Part shown: one piece after another, positions 7,580 through 14,413 of the stretch | How positions within the stretch are numbered: the stretch's first letter is position 1 | How the letters are laid out: every line of letters starts with the position of its first letter | From: a virus | Lineage: Duplodnaviria > Caudoviricetes | Reading direction: 5' to 3' (one strand) | Length of the DNA stretch: 33,056 nucleotides | Virus record (IMG/VR): IMGVR_UViG_3300025806_000104 | Coordinates: 1-33,056 of that record | Program-made: the position numbers and the translations under genes | Notes under the pieces: model-generated | Told to the model about the DNA's origin: nothing | The model's input: the letters and a program-made list of their open reading frames with translations, nothing else | Databases searched by the model: none

Positions 7580-8355
7580 TTCACTTCTCCATTTCGTTTA
7601 GTAATTCTTAATGCCCCTCGTTTGTCTCGTCTGACTGTGAGGAAATCACAGTAAACTTCTCTCTCATTTGGGGCGACCATTTCTTTGAGAGACTTCTTTG
7701 CGTTCTGGAATACTTTGTCTTGCTCAAGTCCTTGGGTGTATGTGACTGCTGTGTTGACAAACTCGTTGCTTGTTGAGGCATCTCGTATGACCATGTTGTC
7801 CACCTGAATGGAGTTGGTTGAGATGTCTGGCGCTTGAATACCAATCGGCTCTTCGTTGCGTACAACGTGACCCCAGAAATCTGACACCACTGCCCACATA
7901 GAATTGAAATACGAGTAGTCATATGAGACAACAGTTGACTCCCATTTATTGTTACCAAAGATTACAGACATGTAAACATCTGGCGCTCCTGCCAGCCGAC
8001 AATACAATTGTATCTGCGGCATGTAGTATTGGATAACTTTTTCCATAGTGTTGTATGAATTAGTATGCTTTGCCTCGACAACAGCATCACCAAACATTGC
8101 ATCTATTGTACCCTTCACAGGGACAGACCCAATGGTATCTTCATACTCGCACTGATGATCCGACAGCACACAGTCATACTCAGTCTCGAACCAGTCAAGG
8201 TTAAAGTCCTCAGTGTGTATGCCCATCTGAACAGCTAAATTTTTTGACAGATCAGGGGAATCTATCTTCCCTGTTTTGATTTGCCATAGCTCAAGCCAGT
8301 TACCCTGCATAATTTTTACACAGTCAGACCCGCCTATGAAGCCAGTTCGTTTCAT
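7576..8355 (-). CDS. YqaJ/lambda-exonuclease family protein
   Basis: R.GFIGGSD, G...E, GTIDA..., EAK, YMPQIQLY motifs. Confidence 0.9.
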   Translation of the reverse strand: MKRTGFIGGSDCVKIMQGNWLELWQIKTGKIDSPDLSKNLAVQMGIHTEDFNLDWFETEYDCVLSDHQCEYEDTIGSVPVKGTIDAMFGDAVVEAKHTNSYNTMEKVIQYYMPQIQLYCRLAGAPDVYMSVIFGNNKWESTVVSYDYSYFNSMWAVVSDFWGHVVRNEEPIGIQAPDISTNSIQVDNMVIRDASTSNEFVNTAVTYTQGLEQDKVFQNAKKSLKEMVAPNEREVYCDFLTVRRDKRGALRITKRNGEVK

Positions 8356-8381
8356 GATTTTCTCCTTCTGGTACAGTAGTT

Positions 8382-8410
8382 AGACTACTGCATATGTGCA
8401 GACTACGCAA
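8382..8410 (-). promoter_or_regulatory. Sigma70-type promoter with operator palindrome in the spacer
   Basis: TTGCGT-N17-TAGTCT on the minus strand; ACTGC-N6-GCAG at 8387-8401. Confidence 0.6.
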
Positions 8411-8660
8411 GATACTTTCTGAAGTCAGCTTCAGTTAAGTTTGTAAATTCTAGCAGCCTTTCTTTCTGCTTACCTTTGAGATAGCTCTCGCCGATTGGCT
8501 CTCCGTTTTTGATGCGTCGAGCCATCACCTCGTATTCGTCGAGAACATAATTTGTACGCTTGTATTCTTTAGCGTAGTGAGGTGAGCTTGTTGCTTTGCT
8601 AACGTGTGCATCCCACACATTGCCTTCGACATACTTGCCAATGCTAGTTGGTTTCTTCAT
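8403..8660 (-). CDS. Hypothetical protein
   Basis: 85-aa ORF in the tightly packed leftward operon. Confidence 0.55.
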   Translation of the reverse strand: MKKPTSIGKYVEGNVWDAHVSKATSSPHYAKEYKRTNYVLDEYEVMARRIKNGEPIGESYLKGKQKERLLEFTNLTEADFRKYLA

Positions 8661-8937
8661 ACTTCAATGCCTTTGTCCTAAAGAACCCTGCATATTCTGG
8701 ATTCATTGCCATGAACAATCGTGAATAATAGGCGATGTAATTATTGCTAATCTTAAAATCTTCGCCTGTTGTTTCGATCATGGTTTCCCATCTAATTCTA
8801 TTTACAATTAACCAAGCACTTAATCGGTTATGCCCTCGGTTAATTGCTTGCATGGTAAACCTTTCAAAGAGTTCATAGACGTGTGGGTTATCTTTATGCC
8901 AAGCCCACCACTTTAGTTTATCTGGATTCTCCTTCAT
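8644..8937 (-). CDS. Conserved phage hypothetical protein (possible DNA-binding)
   Basis: HKDNPHVYELFERF...IVNRIRWE...FKISNNYIAYYSRLF..P...GFF; GGAG SD. Confidence 0.65.
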   Translation of the reverse strand: MKENPDKLKWWAWHKDNPHVYELFERFTMQAINRGHNRLSAWLIVNRIRWETMIETTGEDFKISNNYIAYYSRLFMAMNPEYAGFFRTKALKYEETN

Positions 8938-9259
8938 TAATCTTCTCCATTAGCTGTTGAAATTCATCGCCACTCATAATGACTAGCGTTTGCGGACTGC
9001 CTGTCCGTCTTTTATAGAAGGCAATGTCTCGCCTATCTAATACTGAGAAAGGGCTAGGGAAGTTGGACTTGTCCCTATACTTAACCTCTCCTACCATTTC
9101 TCGTCCGAAGACTTCGAGCTTGATGTCGCCGCTATACTCTCCTCCCAAGCTGCCTGAGAGGGGTTGCCTCTTCGCTTTGATCGGCGCTTTGATTTCGTTG
9201 AGCCAGTTGACGAACCACTTTTCGTGGTAAGTTCCTTTGTTCTTGTTACGGTTTGCCAT
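8918..9259 (-). CDS. Holliday junction resolvase (PD-(D/E)xK, Hjc-like)
   Basis: NKNKG..HE, R.PLSG, GDI, GEVKYR motifs. Confidence 0.8.
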   Translation of the reverse strand: MANRNKNKGTYHEKWFVNWLNEIKAPIKAKRQPLSGSLGGEYSGDIKLEVFGREMVGEVKYRDKSNFPSPFSVLDRRDIAFYKRRTGSPQTLVIMSGDEFQQLMEKINEGESR

Positions 9260-9408
9260 CTGTCTTCCTCATAACAATTAAGGCAGACGTACCAATGCTT
9301 TTGATAAGTGGCTGCGCTATTGTTTTTGCATATAGCAACGAACCAATCCGTTACTGTTTCACAAGCAATGCAAGTTATTGCACTACCTCTTTTGGACTTT
9401 GATGTCAT
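9091..9408 (-). CDS. Putative zinc-finger protein
   Basis: CIAC...CLNC in the part that fills the 9259-9383 gap; the C-terminal tail overlaps the resolvase. Confidence 0.45.
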   Translation of the reverse strand: MTSKSKRGSAITCIACETVTDWFVAICKNNSAATYQKHWYVCLNCYEEDRWQTVTRTKELTTKSGSSTGSTKSKRRSKRRGNPSQAAWEESIAATSSSKSSDEKW

Positions 9409-9631
9409 ATTCTAATGCGTCCAACCAACACATCAGCATAAAACCAGATGGGATTCTCTTGTGAGATTCCCACTTGTGGATCAGTGATGACGTACACCCG
9501 ATGTTATAGGCTAGCGATTCTTGGCTTAAACCTTGCTCGAACCGAGCGTCGATTAACATCTTGATTAGTTTCTCGTAGTCTCTGGGTATAGTCACGGGCT
9601 TGTTGAATCGAGTGAAGCTCTTCGATGGCAT
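9383..9631 (-). CDS. XRE-family HTH regulator
   Basis: LIDARFEQGLSQESLAYNIGCTSSLIHKWESHKRIPS; start uncertain (9631 or 9559). Confidence 0.85.
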   Translation of the reverse strand: MPSKSFTRFNKPVTIPRDYEKLIKMLIDARFEQGLSQESLAYNIGCTSSLIHKWESHKRIPSGFMLMCWLDALEYDIKVQKR

Positions 9632-9788
9632 TGAATACCTTTGCAGCTGTCTCGTACCTTAGCTCTGTCGCTCCATTGATCGTGCGATAGTATGTTGATG
9701 TGGGGATTTGCGCCCTTTGGAAAGCTTTGCTCAACGGAATACTATACTCCGTTGAACAATCTATTACGGTTTGTAAGTACGATTTCAT
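9504..9788 (-). CDS. Cro/XRE-like HTH regulator
   Basis: LSKAFQRAQIPTSTYYRTINGATELRYETAAKV; no SD, possibly leaderless. Confidence 0.7.
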   Translation of the reverse strand: MKSYLQTVIDCSTEYSIPLSKAFQRAQIPTSTYYRTINGATELRYETAAKVFNAIEELHSIQQARDYTQRLRETNQDVNRRSVRARFKPRIASL

Positions 9789-9792
9789 ACCG

Positions 9793-9823
9793 CACTTACT
9801 GCATAGACGCAGCTAGAAGTCAA
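9793..9823 (-). promoter_or_regulatory. Putative promoter/operator for the HTH operon
   Basis: TTGACT at 9823-9818, ACTGC-N6-GCAG at 9798-9812, weak -10. Confidence 0.45.
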
Positions 9824-9989
9824 CCTCCTGTTCCTTTAGCTGAAGTCTATACCCTTGTATGTTGATCCCAATGTGGGCAAGCTCGGTTGATACCCAACTT
9901 GGCCTGACACCAGTTCCATACTGTTCAATCAATTCATTGTAGTCTTTTGTTTCACGCTGAATTGCTTGTTCAATATCAGTCTTTGTCAC
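9813..9989 (-). CDS. 58-aa hypothetical protein (missing from the ORF track)
   Basis: AGGAG SD, GTG start, MTKTDIEQAIQRETKDYNELIEQYGTGVRPSWVSTELAHIG...EVDF*. Confidence 0.65.
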   Translation of the reverse strand: MTKTDIEQAIQRETKDYNELIEQYGTGVRPSWVSTELAHIGINIQGYRLQLKEQEVDF

Positions 9990-10257
9990 TGATCTCTCCT
10001 TCCTTCATCCAAGGTGGCACTGCGCTTGGGTTGTTTTTAATCCACTCTATGCGCAAAGCGTTCTTAGTTTCTAACAGTTCAGCGATATAATCTGATGCTG
10101 TATCTTTTGAGATAGGCAAAGAAAACTCTGGTAGCTGAACAACTGAATGAGGATTTAGAAACGTACACTCATAAAGCAATTGACCCATGCGGTAGTATTG
10201 CTTTGCTGTTGCTGCATCTGGATCATGGATGCAATCGTTGCGAACAATGCCAATCAT
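9976..10257 (-). CDS. Hypothetical protein
   Basis: Start at ATG 10257 (TAATG coupling to the upstream gene). Confidence 0.55.
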   Translation of the reverse strand: MIGIVRNDCIHDPDAATAKQYYRMGQLLYECTFLNPHSVVQLPEFSLPISKDTASDYIAELLETKNALRIEWIKNNPSAVPPWMKEGEISDKD

Positions 10258-10466
10258 TAGCCTGTTCTCCACACATAAACGTCATTACTTATTGTTCGTT
10301 GAGATGCGGTAAAGCCATTTTGAAGCATTAGCTTTCTGATGTAAGTTGCTTGATATTTTGACTCTGCTTTAACAGCGTCACCAACTTGCATTAAGTCAAT
10401 AACTTTCTTCATGCCATCGCTTCTTAGCTTTGGCATTTCAAGTCCACGTATAATTTTAACTCCCAT
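10257..10466 (-). CDS. Small hypothetical protein
   Basis: AAGGAG SD before ATG 10466; MGVKIIRGLEMPK...MQVGDAV...VYVWRTG. Confidence 0.6.
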   Translation of the reverse strand: MGVKIIRGLEMPKLRSDGMKKVIDLMQVGDAVKAESKYQATYIRKLMLQNGFTASQRTISNDVYVWRTG

Positions 10467-10479
10467 TTTGGTTCTCCTT

Positions 10480-10683
10480 TTAATATGGGATTTCGTCATC
10501 AATAATTGGTGGCAGATTTTTCTGCTCCCATTTAGCGATGGCTCTTGCGAGAAACTTTTTACGATTAAACTTGTCGTTTAGTTTCTCAAGGTCATCAGCA
10601 ATCTGTTCGATTACGATTGGCGATGATACAAGCGGCGCTAAGTGATCCGCTATGTATTCAAAGTGTCCGCGTGTTGCTTTCAT
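10480..10683 (-). CDS. Hypothetical protein
   Basis: AGGAG SD, ATGA coupling; TRGHFEYIA...NDKFNRKKF; ends DDEIPY. Confidence 0.6.
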   Translation of the reverse strand: MKATRGHFEYIADHLAPLVSSPIVIEQIADDLEKLNDKFNRKKFLARAIAKWEQKNLPPIIDDEIPY

Positions 10684-11519
10684 GCTAGCTCCTTCCATGC
10701 GCTAGAACGCATTGCACTGGTGATGATTGCCTCACGGTTATGACGCGCTGTATGAGGGCTGCGCATATCCTGAGTGTGTGTCGCCCAATGCGTTAGGGTA
10801 TTGTATAAAGCCCACTTGTTCGGGCCGAGATGTCCTCGCTCATCGCCCCATAGACCGAGCAGGTTTTCTAGTTGGCGCTCGTTAGTCTTGGTGGTGTTGG
10901 CTTGGCGAGTGTGCATTTTGCAGAGGTGCTTTTTGAAGAAGCTTTCTGCTTGGTCATTGCTGATCTTTACACCCATGTAAGATTGCCATATGTCCTTCTG
11001 TTCTTTAAAGGCAGACATCCCATTAGCAATCTTGATAGCCGATCCTTCTACGTTAATGGATCGTGTGTGTTTGTATTTAGAATAAGCTGAGATGTCAGCA
11101 GTAGTGCAACCGTTCTTGCACCATAACCGATTGCCTTGACTCCATTGAGCAAACGACCAACTACCATCAAGACTGTTGGTTGCTAGCGCTTCGTATCGCA
11201 CATAGTCACCGACCTCTGGTTCGATAGTTACATCAGGCCATATGATCCTAGCTCTTAGCTTGCGACCACCTTCATAGACTTCAATCTTAGTCTTGAAATC
11301 TGAACTAATGTTAGCTGCTTTGGCTGCATCAAGTATAGATTCAACAGCTAGGTCATGGCTAACAGGTTTGTATTTACTGCCGTGAACACCCATCACTTCA
11401 TCAGTGTCAGTGCGGATCACTTGTACCGAATTGGGTACAGGCTCACCAGTCACAGCGTTAGGCGTTGGCATCATCTTGATTGGGAAGTTCCAATCGTTGA
11501 TGGGCTTCATAAAAGTCAT
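10680..11519 (-). CDS. DUF932-family phage/plasmid early protein
   Basis: VIRTDT...G..GSKYKPV.H, NSLDGS, R.WCKNG, KHT, WALYNTLTHW.TH motifs; AAGGAG SD before ATG 11519. Confidence 0.75.
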   Translation of the reverse strand: MTFMKPINDWNFPIKMMPTPNAVTGEPVPNSVQVIRTDTDEVMGVHGSKYKPVSHDLAVESILDAAKAANISSDFKTKIEVYEGGRKLRARIIWPDVTIEPEVGDYVRYEALATNSLDGSWSFAQWSQGNRLWCKNGCTTADISAYSKYKHTRSINVEGSAIKIANGMSAFKEQKDIWQSYMGVKISNDQAESFFKKHLCKMHTRQANTTKTNERQLENLLGLWGDERGHLGPNKWALYNTLTHWATHTQDMRSPHTARHNREAIITSAMRSSAWKELA

Positions 11520-11547
11520 TTTGTTTCTCCTTTTCATGACTGTAGGG

Positions 11548-11563
11548 ACTGCTAGTATGCAGT
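11548..11563. promoter_or_regulatory. Operator-like palindrome ACTGC-TAGTAT-GCAGT
   Basis: Perfect 5-bp arms; variants at 8387 and 9798, each upstream of a leftward gene. Confidence 0.55.
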
Positions 11564-11583
11564 GTTAATAATTAATAATCTAT

Positions 11584-11600
11584 TGTTACGTTACGTCACT
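11584..11600 (+). repeat. 17-bp direct repeat, copy 1 (TGTTACGTTACGTCACT)
   Basis: Identical copy at 12542-12558. Confidence 0.9.
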
Positions 11601-11646
11601 TTGCCTCCTTATATAAATAACCGGACACTTTTTTATACTTGGCACA

Positions 11647-11704
11647 ACCTTCCACACCTTCCACACCTTCCACAAGTTGAGAGAGTTGACACAGTTGAAG
11701 TTGA
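11647..11704 (+). repeat. 9-bp periodic repeats: 3x ACCTTCCAC then 4x AGTTGA
   Basis: ACCTTCCAC at 11647, 11656, 11665; AGTTGA at 11675, 11684, 11693, 11699. Confidence 0.85.
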
Positions 11705-11804
11705 TAGTCAGCGACTGAGTTTAGAAACAATAGTCAGCTATCAAAACCACAACGCTCGGCGCTGTAGCTATGACCTCCAGAGCCGCATCAGGTAAGTAAT
11801 GATA

Positions 11805-11837
11805 ACACAACAAACAGCGCCACAAAGAGTGACGCTG
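11805..11837 (-). terminator. Putative terminator after the 127-aa ORF
   Basis: Minus strand CAGCGTCAC-TCTTT-GTGGCGCTG followed by TTTGTTGTGTT. Confidence 0.55.
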
Positions 11838-11867
11838 CTGCGATTGTGTCTGACAGTAGCGGTGGCA

Positions 11868-12251
11868 TTAAGCCACTCGCTTTCTGAGTTCAGAGAAGTT
11901 ACGTTTCTTGGGGGTGGCAACTGGCTTGTTCGGTAGCCAAGTCTCACCGCCGCTAAAGTGCTTATAAACCTCAATGTCTGCATCGTGTCGGACTTGAAGC
12001 TCCTCAAGCTCTGGGCAAAGGCGATCAATCCAGCGTTGGGTGCGTTCTTGATCGTGTAGATTCTTAACCTCAACAGCTATGTCATATTCAGCTAGCGCGT
12101 CAGCAATTTGCTTACGTTTGAATTGCAAGCTGTTGTGTGACGTATAGCAAGCATCTCTAGATAGACCTACGAGGAACTTGCTATTATCGTGGTTATGATA
12201 GTTTATAACTTCGAGTTTCAGTTTTGCGAGTTTAGATAATACCTTAGTCAT
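11868..12251 (-). CDS. 127-aa helical hypothetical protein, first leftward gene
   Basis: AAGGAG SD at 12265-12260; family not recognised. Confidence 0.75.
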   Translation of the reverse strand: MTKVLSKLAKLKLEVINYHNHDNSKFLVGLSRDACYTSHNSLQFKRKQIADALAEYDIAVEVKNLHDQERTQRWIDRLCPELEELQVRHDADIEVYKHFSGGETWLPNKPVATPKKRNFSELRKRVA

Positions 12252-12433
12252 TGCTAGTTCTCCTTGTTATGTGGTGCGAGGATCATCCCCGCACGGCGAC
12301 TTGAAGCACGGAGCAGAAACGCCCAAAGGCGCTTGCAGTTCGCAATATCCGAGGTACGAGCGGTATTGCGAACTGTTTCTGCCCGATGCTCAACAAAGAC
12401 GGGCGGGGATGACCGCAGCCTCCACTAGCAAGG
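12251..12433 (-). ncRNA. Long branched stem-loop (structured leader, ncRNA or ssDNA hairpin)
   Basis: Nested inverted repeats 12283-92/12403-12, 12313-19/12376-82, 12336-47/12364-75; side hairpin 12320-31. Confidence 0.6.
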
Positions 12434-12520
12434 TGATCGACGCTTTGACTAATTATCTGAACGAGCAAACTGTAACGAGCGGTGTAGTATGTGGTAGTAC
12501 GTCAATAGCTTTGGCAAGGT

Positions 12521-12558
12521 GTGACGTAGGGTAATTGGCAATGTTACGTTACGTCACT
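12521..12558. repeat. 17-bp direct repeat copy 2 plus an imperfect inverted copy
   Basis: GTGACGTAGGGTAA-N9-TTACGTTACGTCAC (12/14 arm match), followed by TTGACA at 12560-12565. Confidence 0.75.
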
Positions 12559-12732
12559 ATTGACAGCACATCACAGGATGGTGTTAGCGTGGGGGGAGAG
12601 AGGGAGAGGGGGGCAAGCGAATGAGACATACAATGATACAATCCTTCTTTATGATGCTTGCACCATCTAGCAAACACAGACAACAACAGTTAGCTATGTG
12701 TATGTCATCAGCATAGAAGAAAGGATTGTAAC

Positions 12733-13107
12733 ATGGGTGAAGTTACCCGAAAGTTGACAGATAAACAGACAGCCCTCGTTGACACCATTGTAGCAAATGG
12801 CTGCTCCATCAAGGATGCTGCTCCAATAGCAGGTTATGCAGTTGGCGAGTCTGGAAGAGTAACAGCAACCAAGACTATGAAGTTGCCTCATGTGCAGCAG
12901 TACATGATGGAAAGGATGAATGAGGAGTTTGGATTATCGGCTACTATCGCTGCAAGACAACTCCGTACCTTGGTAGTCAACGCCAAGTCTGAGTATGTCC
13001 AGTTAGAGGCATCGAAGGATTTGCTAGACCGTGCAGGGTATAAACCGATTGATCGCAGCCAAGTGCAGGTTGCAGGGGACATACGTGTCTCAATCGATCT
13101 AGGATAA
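12733..13107 (+). CDS. terS: Terminase small subunit
   Basis: LTDKQ...AA.IAGY N-terminal HTH; SEYVQLEASKDLLDRAGYKP; first rightward gene. Confidence 0.8.
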   Translation: MGEVTRKLTDKQTALVDTIVANGCSIKDAAPIAGYAVGESGRVTATKTMKLPHVQQYMMERMNEEFGLSATIAARQLRTLVVNAKSEYVQLEASKDLLDRAGYKPIDRSQVQVAGDIRVSIDLG

Positions 13108-13225
13108 AACTGTTCATTGATCGTTCCGTCATGGGGGTGGGGGGGAAAAACTGCATGACCTGTTACTGTAATAGTCTCTCACTAACATTATTTCCTTTCA
13201 GAGCTTGCCCACGAATGTGGGCTAA

Positions 13226-13263
13226 TTTGTGCATTGTCAAAAATATTTTTATCTGCATAAGGT
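13226..13263 (+). promoter_or_regulatory. Late promoter (TTTGTGCATTG motif)
   Basis: Motif 13226-13236 overlaps TTGTCA; N18; TAAGGT; ATG 6 nt later. Confidence 0.6.
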
Positions 13264-13269
13264 TCTGAC

Positions 13270-13377
13270 ATGAGTAGATTTGACCGCACCCCAGAGAAGC
13301 AGCCAGAGAGGGCTGACATGACTGTCGCCAAGGCTGCGCTCAAGAGTGGTGGATACTTAAGAAAGAAGAAGGAATGA
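13270..13377 (+). CDS. 35-aa basic peptide, probably leaderless
   Basis: MSRFDRTPEKQPERADMTVAKAALKSGGYLRKKKE*; ATGA overlap with the next gene. Confidence 0.55.
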   Translation: MSRFDRTPEKQPERADMTVAKAALKSGGYLRKKKE

Positions 13378-13643
13378 GGAAGGAACATAAGAGCAAGACT
13401 GGCGGCTTGACTGCTGCGGGTCGCGCTCACTTCAAGCGCAAGGAGGGGGCTAATCTAAAGCCGCCTGTTCCCAAGGGTACAAATCCTCGTCGTGTTTCTT
13501 TTGCTGCTCGGTTTGCAGGAATGAAAGGGCCGATGAAAGATGAGAAGGGTCGCCCGACTCGAAAGGCATTGGCATTAAAGAAGTGGGGCTTTGGCTCTGT
13601 GGAAGCGGCTCGTAACTTTGCGAAGCGTCACAAGAAGGGATAG
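13374..13643 (+). CDS. Small basic phage protein (DUF6321-like)
   Basis: GGLTAAGRAHFKRKEGANLKPP...RRVSFAARFAGMKGPMKDEKGRPTRKALAL.KWG. Confidence 0.75.
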   Translation: MRKEHKSKTGGLTAAGRAHFKRKEGANLKPPVPKGTNPRRVSFAARFAGMKGPMKDEKGRPTRKALALKKWGFGSVEAARNFAKRHKKG

Positions 13644-13646
13644 ATT

Positions 13647-13838
13647 ATGTGTTTTGGCAGCAGCGCTCAGAAGACAGCAGAAAAGTATTATGAAGAGATG
13701 AAGGTAGAGCCTGAAGCTTTGCCTTCTCTTATGATGGACAAGAAGAAGCGCAGCGATGTGAAGTTGGGGGATGTTCCGAAGCCAATAAGCGGTGGTCAGA
13801 GTTCTTCGTTGCTGACAGCTTTGAAGAGTAGTTATTGA
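13647..13838 (+). CDS. Small MCFG-start protein
   Basis: N-terminus MCFGSS; coupled to neighbours. Confidence 0.6.
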   Translation: MCFGSSAQKTAEKYYEEMKVEPEALPSLMMDKKKRSDVKLGDVPKPISGGQSSSLLTALKSSY

Positions 13839-14098
13839 TGCCAGAGCAGAAGACATCTCCGTCTGAAAGAAAGTACGATAGCCTTCTCAATCAAATGAAA
13901 GCCTTTGAGATACCCACTAAGGTAACGGATGAAGAGGCGCAGAATAAATGGCTTCGCCGTTATCACAATGTAATGGTAGACGTTGCGTCTTACATTCGCA
14001 GCAAAGACCCAAAGTATAAGTCTCTTCTCAGCCAAGCAAAAAAGATTGAGCGGAGATGGAACTTGGAGGGGAAATACACTAGGGGAGGAAAAGATTAA
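13835..14098 (+). CDS. Hypothetical protein
   Basis: Tightly coupled ORF; probable ATG at 13838. Confidence 0.6.
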   Translation: MMPEQKTSPSERKYDSLLNQMKAFEIPTKVTDEEAQNKWLRRYHNVMVDVASYIRSKDPKYKSLLSQAKKIERRWNLEGKYTRGGKD

Positions 14099-14331
14099 TG
14101 GCGTTTTACATTGCGCATACTGAAGAATTATGGACTGGCGAAACCCATACGATTGCAGGGATTCATTATACTGGTAAGACGCGCATGGCTGATGCCAAGC
14201 GTTTAGTCGAAGGGCCAGAGCCAGTAAGGGCGCGAACAACCAAGGGATCGTACAAGGCTGACAATCCTTCTACGCCTGAGATTGATGAATCGAAAGCTGC
14301 GCCTAAAAAGAAAAGGAAGAAAAATGCCTAA
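14098..14331 (+). CDS. Hypothetical protein
   Basis: GGAGG SD; RARTTKGSYKADNPSTPEIDES motif and Lys-rich tail. Confidence 0.65.
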   Translation: MAFYIAHTEELWTGETHTIAGIHYTGKTRMADAKRLVEGPEPVRARTTKGSYKADNPSTPEIDESKAAPKKKRKKNA

Positions 14332-14413
14332 GGTTAATGGAAAGACTTTCTCCTACAGCAAAGAGGGAAAGAAAGCTGCAAAGGCTTACGCTCGGAAAAA
14401 GAAAAAGAAGTGA
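14324..14413 (+). CDS. 29-aa Lys-rich peptide (missing from the ORF track)
   Basis: MPKVNGKTFSYSKEGKKAAKAYARKKKKK*; fills the gap and overlaps both neighbours. Confidence 0.65.
   Translation: MPKVNGKTFSYSKEGKKAAKAYARKKKKK

Noticed and set aside
11647-11704. CRISPR-like mini-array
   Set aside because: Units are 6-9 bp and contiguous, with no spacers and no cas genes
12251-12433. tRNA, hammerhead ribozyme or retron msr-msd
   Set aside because: No cloverleaf or T-loop; GAAAC is present but no CUGANGA core seen; no reverse transcriptase
11562-12534. ORF-track entries 11562-11795 (+), 11768-12073 (-), 12271-12534 (+), 12283-12468 (-)
   Set aside because: No convincing SD; they overlap repeats, hairpins or a better-supported gene
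12521-12558. attP, dif or protelomerase target
   Set aside because: No integrase or protelomerase visible and no match to the dif consensus; kept only as an unexplained palindrome
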